From: a virus
Length of the DNA stretch: 64,000 nucleotides
Reading direction: 5' to 3' (one strand)
IMG/VR virus record: IMGVR_UViG_3300027969_002881
Span: 63,887-127,886 of that record
Positions 37,876 to 50,000 of this stretch are shown one piece after another. Both the position numbers and the translations under genes were made by a program. Position 1 is the first letter of the stretch; each line of letters starts with the position of its first letter. The notes under the pieces were generated by a model, which was given only the letters and a program-made list of their open reading frames with translations, had not been told where the DNA came from and did no database searches.

Positions 37876-38448
37876 TTACATTCTGATGCGTAAAGTATAT
37901 ATTACTTGTATTACGCGATTTGCGGATTTTGTCACAGGACTAAACGCCACGTGACTTAGCAGTAAACCTGTGTTTGATCCAGTTGTACCTCTACTTTTTA
38001 ATCCTATTTCATTGAAAATTAATTCTCCAGAGTTATTGACTGGCTGATTTTCTTCTAATGTACATGTTACTATTAAATCAGTATACGTTAAGCCTTCGTT
38101 GTGCTCAATTGATATATTATTTCTAGTTGTATCATCATTATTCGACTCGTCTAAATCGTCGACGATTTTGTAATATATTGGATTATACAAGTCTGCTAAC
38201 AGGCCCAATTCCAAATTTTGTTCTACATCTTTAACCGTTGTACTACCAGTTTCGTCAATAACAACCCCGCCATTGCCCATGTGTAATTCATAGATATACT
38301 GACTGTTATTTCCCTGCAGCATCCTGGCCACAATTAAACTCATTGTTTCAGAATTTATAGCATTATGTACATCCAACAGCAGTTCTCCCGTGCCAAGATC
38401 TACTATCTTAACAAATCCTTCAATGTTTAATTTTATTTGGCTCAGCAT
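37876..38448 (-). CDS. Virion/baseplate-associated protein
   Basis: Beta-rich, FNEIGL motif reminiscent of fibre-attachment proteins; SD AAGGA; context. Confidence 0.6.
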   Translation of the reverse strand: MLSQIKLNIEGFVKIVDLGTGELLLDVHNAINSETMSLIVARMLQGNNSQYIYELHMGNGGVVIDETGSTTVKDVEQNLELGLLADLYNPIYYKIVDDLDESNNDDTTRNNISIEHNEGLTYTDLIVTCTLEENQPVNNSGELIFNEIGLKSRGTTGSNTGLLLSHVAFSPVTKSANRVIQVIYTLRIRM

Positions 38449-38464
38449 GTGTTTTCCTTACATT

Positions 38465-38484
38465 TATTTAATCTTATATTTAAC
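38465..38484 (-). promoter_or_regulatory. Two late-type TAAATA cores (ATTAAATA and GTTAAATA)
   Basis: Both lie in the 35-nt gap upstream of the ATG at 38448. Confidence 0.4.
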
Positions 38485-41400
38485 TATACATTTAATATTA
38501 ATACACCATTTTCGTAGATCATCAACTCTTCGCTAATTTCCATTGCTACTGGATCGATTACAGTTCTATTAACTGTACCGGCACGTATTTTATCTCTATA
38601 TGATTTTACTGTATTGTAAAAATTAGTAAGTACAGTGATCTGATCTCGTTGTAAATAGTCGTCTGATTCCAATGTAGAACTAATCAAGTTAACTGGTTCA
38701 ATTGTACTAGACTTTGCTAGCCAATCTACACCAATTTGTTCGCTCATTACATAGCGGAACATTGTACACATAATTTTACTATAATACTTGGAATATTGCC
38801 CAGTGAAAATTTCGTAGCGCAATGAATCCAAAATAGCATTATATACGCTGTTGAGATCATAGTCCCATGGCACTTTATCCCAGCTAATGGTATCCCATGA
38901 ACTCAAACTCCACGGAGCATACAAGTCACTGGTAAATTCAATTGCTCCTTTGGTTTTATATACAGGAGCAAAACTACCGTCAACATTTTTTTCATATATT
39001 GTATAATCACGTATACCTGTGTTGATTTTAATGTAAGCGCCAGCAGTTACCGTAGTTGTATAAATGTCAGCAGTTGACTCTAATACTAAGGAAATTTCTT
39101 TAGTAGAGTCAAATGATTCACTTTGATAATCAATGTATTTCCAAAATTTAGGTACGTCAATGATTTCATCGCCAACAACATAAAACTCATTGTTAAGTCT
39201 GGTATTGCCCCACGCATCGATATTAGAAATATTGACGTTTACCATTATATCATTCAATTTCTTAATAAACGTTCTTCTTGCTTCTAGTGTGTCATCGAAC
39301 CAACTTTGAATATATGGACGAACTAAATTACCCAATCTGCCATATGGATGTAGATTAAAAATGTCAGGAACATTTTTTGTTATATTGAAATCTAATGTAT
39401 TACGTGTCGGATCTATATCTCTGACACTTAAACTTCCGGCTGGTAATACTTGCCACTTAACAGGATTCCATGCTCCAGTGGTAGCCGCTTTGCACACATA
39501 GATGTTATCATTATAAGTCGCAATGTCCAAATAGGTATAATTTACAGAAACTTGATAGCCTTGTATTGGAAGTTTTTGCCAGGCATCCGCATTAAATGTT
39601 CCTGTAGTTCTATAACGACAAACATAGAAGTATCCATTATACTTGACAAGATCATCTTGCGTATATGTATTGGCAACATTGTAATTTGCGTACTCTGCTT
39701 GTCTTCTATAGAAGATGTGTGCGCTTAAACTATCTCGCAGTCTAACATGTAACCACTCAGGAATAGTTTCAACAGTATTATCTTCAGATATAAAAATCCA
39801 TTGCTGATGCTTTTCATTGCCTTTAGATTTTTTCTTAATCTGTACCACTGTACTTGTATTATTCAAGTACGGCTGAATTCCTTTAAGTATAATGGCGTTA
39901 TTGCTGATAGGTGCCCACCATGGAATGCCTGCGGCACTAGGATTTAACAAGACTTTGCTTAATTGCTCAGTTGTATATACTCTGGATTGCTTACTTTGTT
40001 CTGTAATAACATTTTTATTCTTAACCCAGAAATAGTAAACAGTATATGTTTCCCCATTGGCATAATCTTCTTCTTCGACCCAATGGTAATTATCAGTATT
40101 AATTGCGCGGTCAATATAAACTTCGCCAGATGCAACTTGATCAAAGGCAACTAGTCCTTTTTCCACCATTTTATTCCACTGACTAGGAGGTACTGGACTT
40201 TTTGTCCATTCATATACATCAGGTAATTTGCCATTGACAGTTGTACCCCAATATTTTTCCTTGGTCAGTTCGTCGCCGCTTTCATAGTCGCTGAACTGAA
40301 CCGTGCTTATGTCCCACCAACGTTTTCCGATGTATTCTTCATGCCAACCCATGCTGGAGTAGATTGCTTTGTACGTATCAGTTGATCTATTATACTTTGC
40401 TGGATCTACACGATTCATAACATCGATGTCATTTTTAAAAACATCCGGTATATACATCTTCTTTGGATCAAATAAATCTAGCTTTGCGACTGTTCTATTT
40501 TCCGCGTAATCATAGATAATTAAATGTTCTATATCACTGGGATCTACTGGCATGCTTTCGGATTTTATTGGAGCTCCGTCCCAATCTCTGCTGTCATACA
40601 CTTCATAATTACCGTAATCGTATGTAGCTTCTTTTTTGTCTAAATTTAGACTGTCATCTATTATAGCTATAGGCCAAGTTGGATTATAACCACTAGGTGT
40701 ATCAGGCTTTGCCAATGATGTTTGTCCGATGGCATTGGTAAACGGATTGTATTTCTTTTTCCAAGAATAACCATATTCACTAGCATCTAAGCCAGTCGCA
40801 AGTATATAGTCATTGTGATTTTTAAATCTAACCGGTTTAAATGTAAATATTTTACCAGTGTAACAATTATCGCCTATTACGGCATTTATAAAGAACTGCG
40901 TTTCTTTCGCGGGCCCTACTCCCAGTGATTGTATTTTCCAGATACCGTCAACACCAGTATTAGAAAGACTAGCATTGACAATTAATACATAGTCGCCGAC
41001 ACTTAACTTGTGTGGTTTATTTGTAGTAGCTCTTGCTTTGCTAAAATCATCAGGGCCTGGACAAATTTCCAGTATACTGAGTTCAAGGTCGACGGTCTGT
41101 AATACTTGCCATGTACCAGGTTTGAATATACTCATGCCTTCTCCAGATAAATCTGGATTTGGTTTATAGTAATTTCCTACGTATATATTAGGTAAATGTG
41201 GTTCATCGATTTGACTAAACTTATCATTATTCTGAGACCATGTGTTTGGACTTACTGTTGTTTTAGCGTAATACAGCTTTCCATTTATTCTAACCTGATC
41301 ATATTGTTTATAACTAGCACTTTCATTATAAGCGGGTATGTTCCATAGTTCAGAAAAATTATCATATAAATCTGGAAGGTTGTCTAAAGTTTCTACTGAT

Positions 41401-44400
41401 AAGTCAGTGTCGCCTGCAAACAATGGGCCACCTGTTGCCAAGTCTCTGTATGTTCTATCGAATGTATTAAAAGTTAAATCTTTGTTAAATGGTCGATGAA
41501 CCCATCGCTTGCTGTTATTTTTGAAATATAAAATACTGCCATTGGTTGCTGATGCAGCTTTATCGATGAATTTAACTACTTGAGACGGCTTAGATGGATG
41601 ACGAATATCACTGGATAGCATTTCAAATTCATAATATTCTATATTTTTTGTATTACCTATTTCGCCCAATCTAACCATGTATTCTTCATAGGGCTTCGAT
41701 TGAGATTCATCAGTGTGTGTCAAAGGTGCTAGTTTGTTAAAAACTTCAACCGTTCCTTTTGTGTAAGTGATGGCATTCTTAAATAACGTTTCATTTTCTT
41801 CTTGTAAGAATAGTTGTCGCAATTCTGGATTCCTATTTAAACCAAATTGTGCTTTACTTGCTTCTATGACATTGCTATCTAAGATGACATTTTCGATGTC
41901 TAACAAGTTTCTTCCTTGTTCGGCCATAGTGTCATAGTTAGGGATAATACCAGTTGATGTAATTACATATCCGGGCGCATAATAAGTACCGTCCCAGTCT
42001 TGGCTTTTCTTTCCGCCAATTACGAAACTACGTTTAGTTGTACTTTGTTCCGGCAAGAAGTATACATCGTTGAATACGCTGGTAGAATTTAAATGTACTA
42101 CAGTTTCAAAAGAACTAAATGTTAGCTTAATGCCGTAAATAGATCTGTTGCTATCTTTTGTTTTGATAACAACTCTATTACCATCACTAAAACGATTAAC
42201 TAATAAATCTTTACTGAATAAAGGTTTATTATTTCTGTCCACACATTGTCCTACATTTTCATTTGTGCCTTCTAGATTATCTAAGTGGCCAACAATGTCT
42301 TTAATCACTAATTGATCTGCACCTGGATTTAAATCAATATAGCTACCTGCTGCCAATGGAGCATTGCTCCAGAATACAAATTGTTTGGCACTTAATTGCC
42401 AATCTCGAATGTCTCCGCCTTCTGGTTCTTCAAAAACAAATCCAACACTTTCTAAATATTTTCCATAGCCTATTAATAAATCAAACACGTCTTGTCGATT
42501 TTTATATCGTTCTCCGTAGTTTTGATAATACAACTCAGAGATATATGTATTCTTTTGTTTAAATGTAACATCGCCTACTGTTATTGCTGTAGTACTACTG
42601 TTATCGGCTGGTAAAAAAGCTGGCAAGTAACCGTCTTCAGTGGCAAAGCCAGTAACTGAATAATATTCGCCATCCCATATGATTCTAACTCCGCTGTAGA
42701 ATATTTCTTTGTCGGGATAATGATTTATAGTTCTAACGTCGTAACTTTCTTCAGGCACAAACAACGTAATACGTTGACTGTTAATGCTGGTGCTTTGAAT
42801 ACGCACATTATCTTTGTTAGTAAAACCATTTAATAAAAATTCTTTTTTAACTTTGATATTATTAAACTTATCAATGACTTCTGCTTTGTAATCTTTGTTG
42901 TTTAGTATGCAGAATTCTGAGAATAAACTTTCTATACCACTGGTATAAATTGTTTCTCCATCGACTACTTTTCTATGATAGTCGTGTTCAATATTACCTT
43001 GCTGCCAATATAATGTAGTACGATCAAGTTTGTGACCCCATTCATTGACTATCGTCTGTCCTGGTACCCAATTTGTGTTGACATATTGTGCGGGATTACG
43101 AAGATACCACATTTTGGCCTTGGCAGCAAGACCCCATTGTGTGTTGTAAAATACATTTTCGTATGGGCTAACTTCACCTGGTAGCCAAGATGCATCGGCG
43201 TCCTGGACTATCAGCCACAACCAACTCAATTGATCTGGTGACAATAAATTACCATTGTTATCAATTGGAAAGTTTTGTTCTATAGACAAATCGTTACATT
43301 TTGCAAATTTAGGATTAATTACTTTGGTGGTTGGTGTCCCGACATTACCAGTACGCAATGCTTTTTCCAATTCTACTCTTTTAGCTGGATCAGTCCATGA
43401 ATAGTTAGCGTCCCACCAACCCGGTTTTAATGTGTATCCTAACATTTCCCATGGATGCGTATGAGGGCGATCTGTGTCAAATAAGAATTGATATATCAAT
43501 CTCCATGAACCTGTTATACTATAAACATCCTCACCAGTGCCTAATTTATATATGTAAGTAAATCCATTGTTAACATCATAGTCGTCATTTGGCATTAAAA
43601 ACAAATTGTTTTGATTCAGCCATTGTTTAGTCTCGTTCAACATTATTTGTCTAACTGAACCTAGACCTTTGTCAAGTAATCTAAAATAACCAGGAATGCT
43701 CTCAATGTAATTTCTAAAGTTATTAATTTTTACATCTCGTGTTATACTACTCCATACTGCTAATTCGTATTCATACATCAGTTGCTCTACAGTATTTGTA
43801 GGATAGTCACTGGCATCGACGCCGTCTTCTAAATAGAATTTAGTGCCATCATGGCGATGCATAAAATATTTGCCGGGAGTGGTAGTGTCTTCTAAAATCT
43901 CTGGCATATATACTGGCGCTAAACCAATCTTAGCCAAGCTAGCTGGTATTTGAGATTTATATCTACCATACCATTGCTTGATATTAACAATTTTGCCAGC
44001 AAAGTCATTACTAAATCGGATCTGTGTATATTCATTCGCTCCAATGGTTAACGTGTAATCAACGTCTCGTTTTAAATAACGTTTATTGTAAGTTAGTTGT
44101 AATATTAATTCTTTACCTGCACGATGGGAAATATATTCAAAATTACCAGTGAGATCAAATACTAACTCATTATCAACAGCAAAATCTATTTCTCTATAAT
44201 TGTCTAGCTTTTCTCCCCAGCCCATCATATTACTGTGAGTCCAGAATGTATTACTATCAGCAGTTGTTACATAAATTCTAGAAATAGCCATTGTCAATAA
44301 GTCATGGCTTGAATATGTAGTTTCATTGACCGAGTTGATTACTGCTTCTACTTCTACTTTAAGTTTGTTTAAGAAACTATCATAGTGCTTGCCTTGACGT

Positions 44401-47018
44401 ATTAATAAGTCTCCTAAATCGAATGGCATATTAGTAGAAGCAATTGCAAATTTACTCAGTGGCTCGTTATGCTTTAGCAATGTACCGCCGCCTAAATATG
44501 CCGTTTGTAACAGCGAGTCGCTGTCAAAAAATTCTCTGATATTTGTAGAATTTGATTTAACACTCGTGGCATGCTGATATAGACTATAATAATTAATCTC
44601 AGATAATTTTTGATTCAATGGATTAACTGTCAATGACATTGGCGCTGTTCTATTTGTTGGCCATGTTACTATACTGTTGACTAGCACTTTATCGCCGGAT
44701 TTAATTTTTTTGTCAAGAGTATTAGTGGCAATCAACTGTTGATTTGAATCTAATGAACCGTCAGGTAATGTTATGTCAGATATTACATATTCGTAACCAT
44801 TGAATATAGGATTTGTCTGATCCTTGGCGTATATGTCTTGCAAAAATCTCCACTTGTTAATGGGCTTGACAAGAGCTGTTCTGTACAACGATCCATATTT
44901 CCATATTAATTTAGTATTTTCAGCATATAATTCATTGTCGATATAAGATGTTCCGGACAAAATACTGTCGGATAAATCTAATTCTATTATGCCGTTAGCT
45001 GTGCCATTATTGATACAATAAGGTTCTTCCAATGGCACTAGCGTTGTAATATTATTAACTATAGACGTCTTAAAGAATGTTATAGTCGCTGGCAAATCAT
45101 GACACACTACTTTGACCGATCCGCCGGATACCATAGGAATCAGTGATTCAAAGTTGTTATAACCTCTTCTACTAGAAAATTCCACTAACCCATAACCATT
45201 TACATCAAAATAAAATCTTAATATCTTTTTAGTATCGTAATATATATGTATTGTAGTAAATCCAGAAGCAATGGGACTTATTTTGCCGGACCATGGTTCT
45301 TCCGCTGAACTTTCATATTGTAAATCTTGTGTTTGTTTTGTAAAATTCAATCCTTTTCTATTTTGATAGAAAGGAACTATTCTGCCAGAATAATTATATC
45401 CATACGGACCGTTTAATGTAATATTTTCTCCAGTGATTGGATCACTATAAGAATAAGATTCGTCGACATTTGTTATAAATTTTAATTGATTTGGACTAAC
45501 TGCGCTGGTATTATTTTCATCAATTAAATCAAAATCAATACTACTTACTTTAATATTTTTAGCAAGTACACTATCGTAGATCGTACCATCTTCATAACCC
45601 AATATAATCCCGCCATTGAATTGTGTTTCATTCAAATCTTCTAAATTATCTTCGTTGCTTTTAAAGAATTGAGATAATAAGTTTTGATTGGGAGTTGTTT
45701 TATTTTGGGCCAAGCGCCATTTATTATTTTTATATATAACTCTGTGATAGCGTAAATCTGTTTTAGCAATAATAAGAGCACCATCATTGTCTACGCTACT
45801 ATGTACTTTAGTAAATGTAATGCCAGTGCTGACGCCGGTGGCTCGATAAATTCCTTCAGTATCTTCAAATACTATAAGGTCATTATTTTGTATTGTATAA
45901 CCATATCCATCTTTTAACGTTGTTCTTGGGGGACTTTGATATACATTTTTTGTATATGGTAAAATACTTTTAATTTCTGCTTTAGTGGTACTTGGCCAAT
46001 TATATATTTTAACTCCTCTTAGAAAGGTAATAATAGGACGTTTAGCTTTATTTTGTACCGTGACAAATTCTTCTAGACTTATATTTAAAAATTTAGCAAC
46101 AGTTTTAATAGTAGTGATATGATACCAATGATCTATCACTTGCCAATGGTTAGGCTGAGAAGTTTTCTCCTGCGTTATATATTCAGGTTCGCTGGTAACA
46201 ATCATACTACCGTCCCAAACTTCACTGGCCCATTTAATTGCCGGTGGATCATCAAACTCATTGGTTTTATCCCACGGACGTTTTTTTAGCCAACTATTTG
46301 GAATTCTTTTATCTATAGCAGTTGCAGGAAGCAAAGATATGCCATCACCTACGCCATAAACGTAATATAATTTAGGCTCGTTTTCATCTACGGTTTCATA
46401 TGCTGTATCAACATTACCAGTAAAATACACAGTCATACCATTTTGTAATTCCAATGTTTGACCTGTCAGATCATCAACTACACTGGCAAACGGCCGAGAT
46501 ATAATATTATCAGCAATACTATACTTGTTGGTATTGTTAGGACCCGGATTGGCATGTACACGACATGCTGGCATATCGTTGGCAATCCAGTAAAATAAGT
46601 TATAGTCTGTTAATCTTATTGGATTAATTGGTAATTCTAAGACATTAATGTCTTTATCTAACATAACACCATCTTTCAACGGCGAACCTTTAATGGTTAA
46701 ATAATTTTCAATGTCGATGTAAGAACTCTTACCTAAATAGTTGTCACTGGAATCTGAAATCACAAGCATGTTATTAGCTTGGCTCTCTCGACGAATTTCG
46801 TTGCTTTCAACCTTTAAGAATTCTTCTGGCCTATTGCTTGCAGATCTTAGGCCATAAGTTTCTTTAAAAGGCAATAATTGTCCTTTACTAGTCATTACGT
46901 CTAGCGTAGAGTCTAACATTTTTTTGTTAGGCTCTGTGTTAAAAATGTTAGGTAGTAATTTATAGTTACTAACTTTTTGTGCTAGTTGTTGATTTGGTTT
47001 TTTACTTTGTCTGCTCAT
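38484..47018 (-). CDS. Giant (2844 aa) baseplate wedge-type virion protein
   Basis: Uninterrupted ORF directly after the gp6-like gene; carbohydrate-binding-like repeats near the C-terminus. Confidence 0.75.
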   Translation of the reverse strand: MSRQSKKPNQQLAQKVSNYKLLPNIFNTEPNKKMLDSTLDVMTSKGQLLPFKETYGLRSASNRPEEFLKVESNEIRRESQANNMLVISDSSDNYLGKSSYIDIENYLTIKGSPLKDGVMLDKDINVLELPINPIRLTDYNLFYWIANDMPACRVHANPGPNNTNKYSIADNIISRPFASVVDDLTGQTLELQNGMTVYFTGNVDTAYETVDENEPKLYYVYGVGDGISLLPATAIDKRIPNSWLKKRPWDKTNEFDDPPAIKWASEVWDGSMIVTSEPEYITQEKTSQPNHWQVIDHWYHITTIKTVAKFLNISLEEFVTVQNKAKRPIITFLRGVKIYNWPSTTKAEIKSILPYTKNVYQSPPRTTLKDGYGYTIQNNDLIVFEDTEGIYRATGVSTGITFTKVHSSVDNDGALIIAKTDLRYHRVIYKNNKWRLAQNKTTPNQNLLSQFFKSNEDNLEDLNETQFNGGIILGYEDGTIYDSVLAKNIKVSSIDFDLIDENNTSAVSPNQLKFITNVDESYSYSDPITGENITLNGPYGYNYSGRIVPFYQNRKGLNFTKQTQDLQYESSAEEPWSGKISPIASGFTTIHIYYDTKKILRFYFDVNGYGLVEFSSRRGYNNFESLIPMVSGGSVKVVCHDLPATITFFKTSIVNNITTLVPLEEPYCINNGTANGIIELDLSDSILSGTSYIDNELYAENTKLIWKYGSLYRTALVKPINKWRFLQDIYAKDQTNPIFNGYEYVISDITLPDGSLDSNQQLIATNTLDKKIKSGDKVLVNSIVTWPTNRTAPMSLTVNPLNQKLSEINYYSLYQHATSVKSNSTNIREFFDSDSLLQTAYLGGGTLLKHNEPLSKFAIASTNMPFDLGDLLIRQGKHYDSFLNKLKVEVEAVINSVNETTYSSHDLLTMAISRIYVTTADSNTFWTHSNMMGWGEKLDNYREIDFAVDNELVFDLTGNFEYISHRAGKELILQLTYNKRYLKRDVDYTLTIGANEYTQIRFSNDFAGKIVNIKQWYGRYKSQIPASLAKIGLAPVYMPEILEDTTTPGKYFMHRHDGTKFYLEDGVDASDYPTNTVEQLMYEYELAVWSSITRDVKINNFRNYIESIPGYFRLLDKGLGSVRQIMLNETKQWLNQNNLFLMPNDDYDVNNGFTYIYKLGTGEDVYSITGSWRLIYQFLFDTDRPHTHPWEMLGYTLKPGWWDANYSWTDPAKRVELEKALRTGNVGTPTTKVINPKFAKCNDLSIEQNFPIDNNGNLLSPDQLSWLWLIVQDADASWLPGEVSPYENVFYNTQWGLAAKAKMWYLRNPAQYVNTNWVPGQTIVNEWGHKLDRTTLYWQQGNIEHDYHRKVVDGETIYTSGIESLFSEFCILNNKDYKAEVIDKFNNIKVKKEFLLNGFTNKDNVRIQSTSINSQRITLFVPEESYDVRTINHYPDKEIFYSGVRIIWDGEYYSVTGFATEDGYLPAFLPADNSSTTAITVGDVTFKQKNTYISELYYQNYGERYKNRQDVFDLLIGYGKYLESVGFVFEEPEGGDIRDWQLSAKQFVFWSNAPLAAGSYIDLNPGADQLVIKDIVGHLDNLEGTNENVGQCVDRNNKPLFSKDLLVNRFSDGNRVVIKTKDSNRSIYGIKLTFSSFETVVHLNSTSVFNDVYFLPEQSTTKRSFVIGGKKSQDWDGTYYAPGYVITSTGIIPNYDTMAEQGRNLLDIENVILDSNVIEASKAQFGLNRNPELRQLFLQEENETLFKNAITYTKGTVEVFNKLAPLTHTDESQSKPYEEYMVRLGEIGNTKNIEYYEFEMLSSDIRHPSKPSQVVKFIDKAASATNGSILYFKNNSKRWVHRPFNKDLTFNTFDRTYRDLATGGPLFAGDTDLSVETLDNLPDLYDNFSELWNIPAYNESASYKQYDQVRINGKLYYAKTTVSPNTWSQNNDKFSQIDEPHLPNIYVGNYYKPNPDLSGEGMSIFKPGTWQVLQTVDLELSILEICPGPDDFSKARATTNKPHKLSVGDYVLIVNASLSNTGVDGIWKIQSLGVGPAKETQFFINAVIGDNCYTGKIFTFKPVRFKNHNDYILATGLDASEYGYSWKKKYNPFTNAIGQTSLAKPDTPSGYNPTWPIAIIDDSLNLDKKEATYDYGNYEVYDSRDWDGAPIKSESMPVDPSDIEHLIIYDYAENRTVAKLDLFDPKKMYIPDVFKNDIDVMNRVDPAKYNRSTDTYKAIYSSMGWHEEYIGKRWWDISTVQFSDYESGDELTKEKYWGTTVNGKLPDVYEWTKSPVPPSQWNKMVEKGLVAFDQVASGEVYIDRAINTDNYHWVEEEDYANGETYTVYYFWVKNKNVITEQSKQSRVYTTEQLSKVLLNPSAAGIPWWAPISNNAIILKGIQPYLNNTSTVVQIKKKSKGNEKHQQWIFISEDNTVETIPEWLHVRLRDSLSAHIFYRRQAEYANYNVANTYTQDDLVKYNGYFYVCRYRTTGTFNADAWQKLPIQGYQVSVNYTYLDIATYNDNIYVCKAATTGAWNPVKWQVLPAGSLSVRDIDPTRNTLDFNITKNVPDIFNLHPYGRLGNLVRPYIQSWFDDTLEARRTFIKKLNDIMVNVNISNIDAWGNTRLNNEFYVVGDEIIDVPKFWKYIDYQSESFDSTKEISLVLESTADIYTTTVTAGAYIKINTGIRDYTIYEKNVDGSFAPVYKTKGAIEFTSDLYAPWSLSSWDTISWDKVPWDYDLNSVYNAILDSLRYEIFTGQYSKYYSKIMCTMFRYVMSEQIGVDWLAKSSTIEPVNLISSTLESDDYLQRDQITVLTNFYNTVKSYRDKIRAGTVNRTVIDPVAMEISEELMIYENGVLILNV

Positions 47019-50000
47019 CGGCCGATCCTAATGTTGCTGTCAGTGATTTCTGAAATAACTATAATGTCATTTACATTTGCTACGCTAGTAACAACTTCAT
47101 TCCTATCGGGCTGAATTTGGAACAGCGTACCGAATTTACTTTCTTGGCTTAGTGGTACAATAACCACACTGCTCAAATCTGTACTTAAACTTGTGTGTAT
47201 GTATGCTGCCAACTCGGTAAAGTAAAAAATTTCTCCGAAGTTAAAGTTGCCCGGAGTAAAAAATTTATCAAGGGCTGCAATAACTTTACTTTTTATTTCA
47301 CTGTCAGTTAACTTACTCTTAGAATTTTTAACTACTTTAAATTGTGCTTGAAATTCTTGTGAAGCTAACGCACCGAACAACGGCTTAAATTTAACAGGGT
47401 GGAATATAATTTCATCTGTCATCATTTTATAACTTAACAGGCCAGCGAAACTATTTCTTAATTCTTCAGTTGTTTGCGGCAACGGTGCTGGTACAGTCAC
47501 ATTGCCTGTTTTCTTCCAAGTATTATAATCATCATTGTAACTCTTTGTCAACACATAAGCATCAATTATATTTGTGAGACTAGGATCCAGTGACTGGTCA
47601 ATATCAACAGAGTGTTGCCATTTAAATGGCATTTCGTTAATTCCTGGAACTACTTTTCCCGGTAATCCAGCGCCGGGCACTGCTTCACCTGGAATTGGGA
47701 ACAAATAAGTAAAATCACCTTCATTATAATCAATTAAGGTTAATTTGTTGTCATTAACCACTGAGATAAAATGTTCAGGGTCATCTGGTAAAAAGTCATT
47801 GTCCAAGTCCAATGGAGTAACTTTAACTTTGCTATTGTCTGTGTAGCCATCATCATAAACGTAATAGCCACTGATTTTATAAGACTTAGATTCTTGTATT
47901 TTATTATTTGCGTCTAATTTCAATAAGCTAATAATGTCTTTGCTTATTGGCGCAAAACTAGGATTAAACGTAGGACTCCAATTGATATTGTAGAATCTAA
48001 TAAGTTCATCACTACCAAAAATATATTCAAGTTGGCGAATACTAATCTTCCAACCTGCTCCGTCTCGGATACATGCTATTAGCCATTCATTATTATTGCT
48101 GGTTCTATTCCAAGTTGATTCGACATCAACAAGATTATTAATTATTGTCCATCTAGGAGTTATGTTATCGAATTTTAATGCAAAGTTTTCTTTTGCATTT
48201 AATTTATCGATAATTGTAGCTCTGGTTAAATCATCAAACACTCGTGTAAATGGTGGCAGGATTTCTTTAATTAAATCCATAGATGTTATAGATTTGCTGA
48301 TTTCAACAGTACCCATACCATTTACTAATAAGCCACTATAAACATAATCTAGATCCTCGATACCTAAACCATCGCCTTTGACATCATATACGTTGGCCCA
48401 ACGATTGACACCTTCGAATGTTTGTAACCTTAGCACTGAACCCGGACGCAACGAACGCAATTCACCACCGGTGGTAAAGCCTAACTTAACTGGAGCTTCG
48501 TTGCCATTGGATTCTGAAATATAACCATTGCTACTATTAGCATCGTTATATGCAACTCTCCAGCGATAGTCTAATACTTTATAAACTTTAGATCCAGCTG
48601 TGTGCTTTGCTGATACTGTACCTTGTGCGGCACGTTGAACACCAATGAACTTTGTGCTATTTTGCATGCCAGTGTAAGTAAACAACTCGTTGTCAATCAT
48701 TAACATACCACCATTGATATCAAGGTTATCATATGGATCATCAGTGTTTGTATGATTAACTATCAATGAACTCAAAATATCATTGACTCCAATTTCATTA
48801 GTCAATGTTGTATAGTAAATTGTTTTTCCAATATTAACTGTAGGGAAATAGTTTAAAGCATCATTTCCTGTTACACCAGTCAAGTTTAATTTACCGTAGT
48901 AAAAATTCAACAATCCTACATTGCTTAGTTTGCTTTCGATATACTCATCTAATAAATCAACTGTTCTACGAGTGCTGTCATCAGCAACAAATGTATTTTT
49001 TACAGCCTCTTCTTTATACAAATATCCGTCATCAGCAAATTCTACCAATGGGCGATTTTTTCCCGTGGGATCTTTTAAATCCACATAACGACTATGTCCG
49101 CTGAATGTTCTATTCTCTGCTTTAAGCACTAATACGTCATTGTTCAATGTTGGTAAAAAGCCATTATAGTCGTCGGCAGTGACCATTCTGTTTTTGCTGT
49201 AAAATGCTTCTGGTGCATTACGTTTAATTTCATCCACTGATTCAGAAGGCAATCCGGTGACCATGTTGTCCTGCAACTCCATTGTCAATGACAACATCTG
49301 ACTTTGATTATCCGCATTGCGGTACATTATATCAAACGTAACGTTATTAATTTCTCCGGACTTGACTCTGATAAAATTGTTTTCTGCTGTTCTATACCAT
49401 ACTCGTATATTGCCGGTCGGCACGTTAGTAAATGTTCCATCACCAAATTTAATACTGGTTATGTCAGCATCGCTATATATTACTTCATATAAATCTTTGT
49501 TTGCTGATCCGTATTCATTGACCACAATGTTACTGAAGTCCAAATTACTAACACGACTCCATGTCTTAATAACTGATCCATTATCGTCTATGGTCTGTAC
49601 ATAAAAATCTTCTTCACTGACATTGTCGGTCATTGGAATATCTATAACGGTATTGGCTACTGGACTAGTCATCACTTCTATGGTGTTAGAAATATATCCT
49701 TGTTTAGCTAAAAAGAAAAAGCCAGTTTTTGTACTGCCAACACCTTTGCCGTCATTTCTGTACATAACGCTAAATGCTGTGTTGTAATCTGGTTCTACCT
49801 GAGAAATAATTCCTGCGGTATTAATATCAACGGGCACTAGGTCAAAGTTCAATTGAAATCCATCTACCGTAGCAGGGATAGGAAAATTGACAATAGAATT
49901 TGTATTGTTAAAATTATATATTTCGTAGACTGTGCTGTTTATGCTATTTGTTGTTCTTTTGACTGGATTGCCAAATTTATTATTGTCACCAAATGCTGCA

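Noticed and set aside
1317-50000. Many 60-140 aa plus-strand ORFs (e.g. 3220-3570, 13121-13531, 25303-25623, 48096-48341)
   Set aside because: Antisense shadows of long motif-bearing minus-strand genes; no motifs or initiation signals
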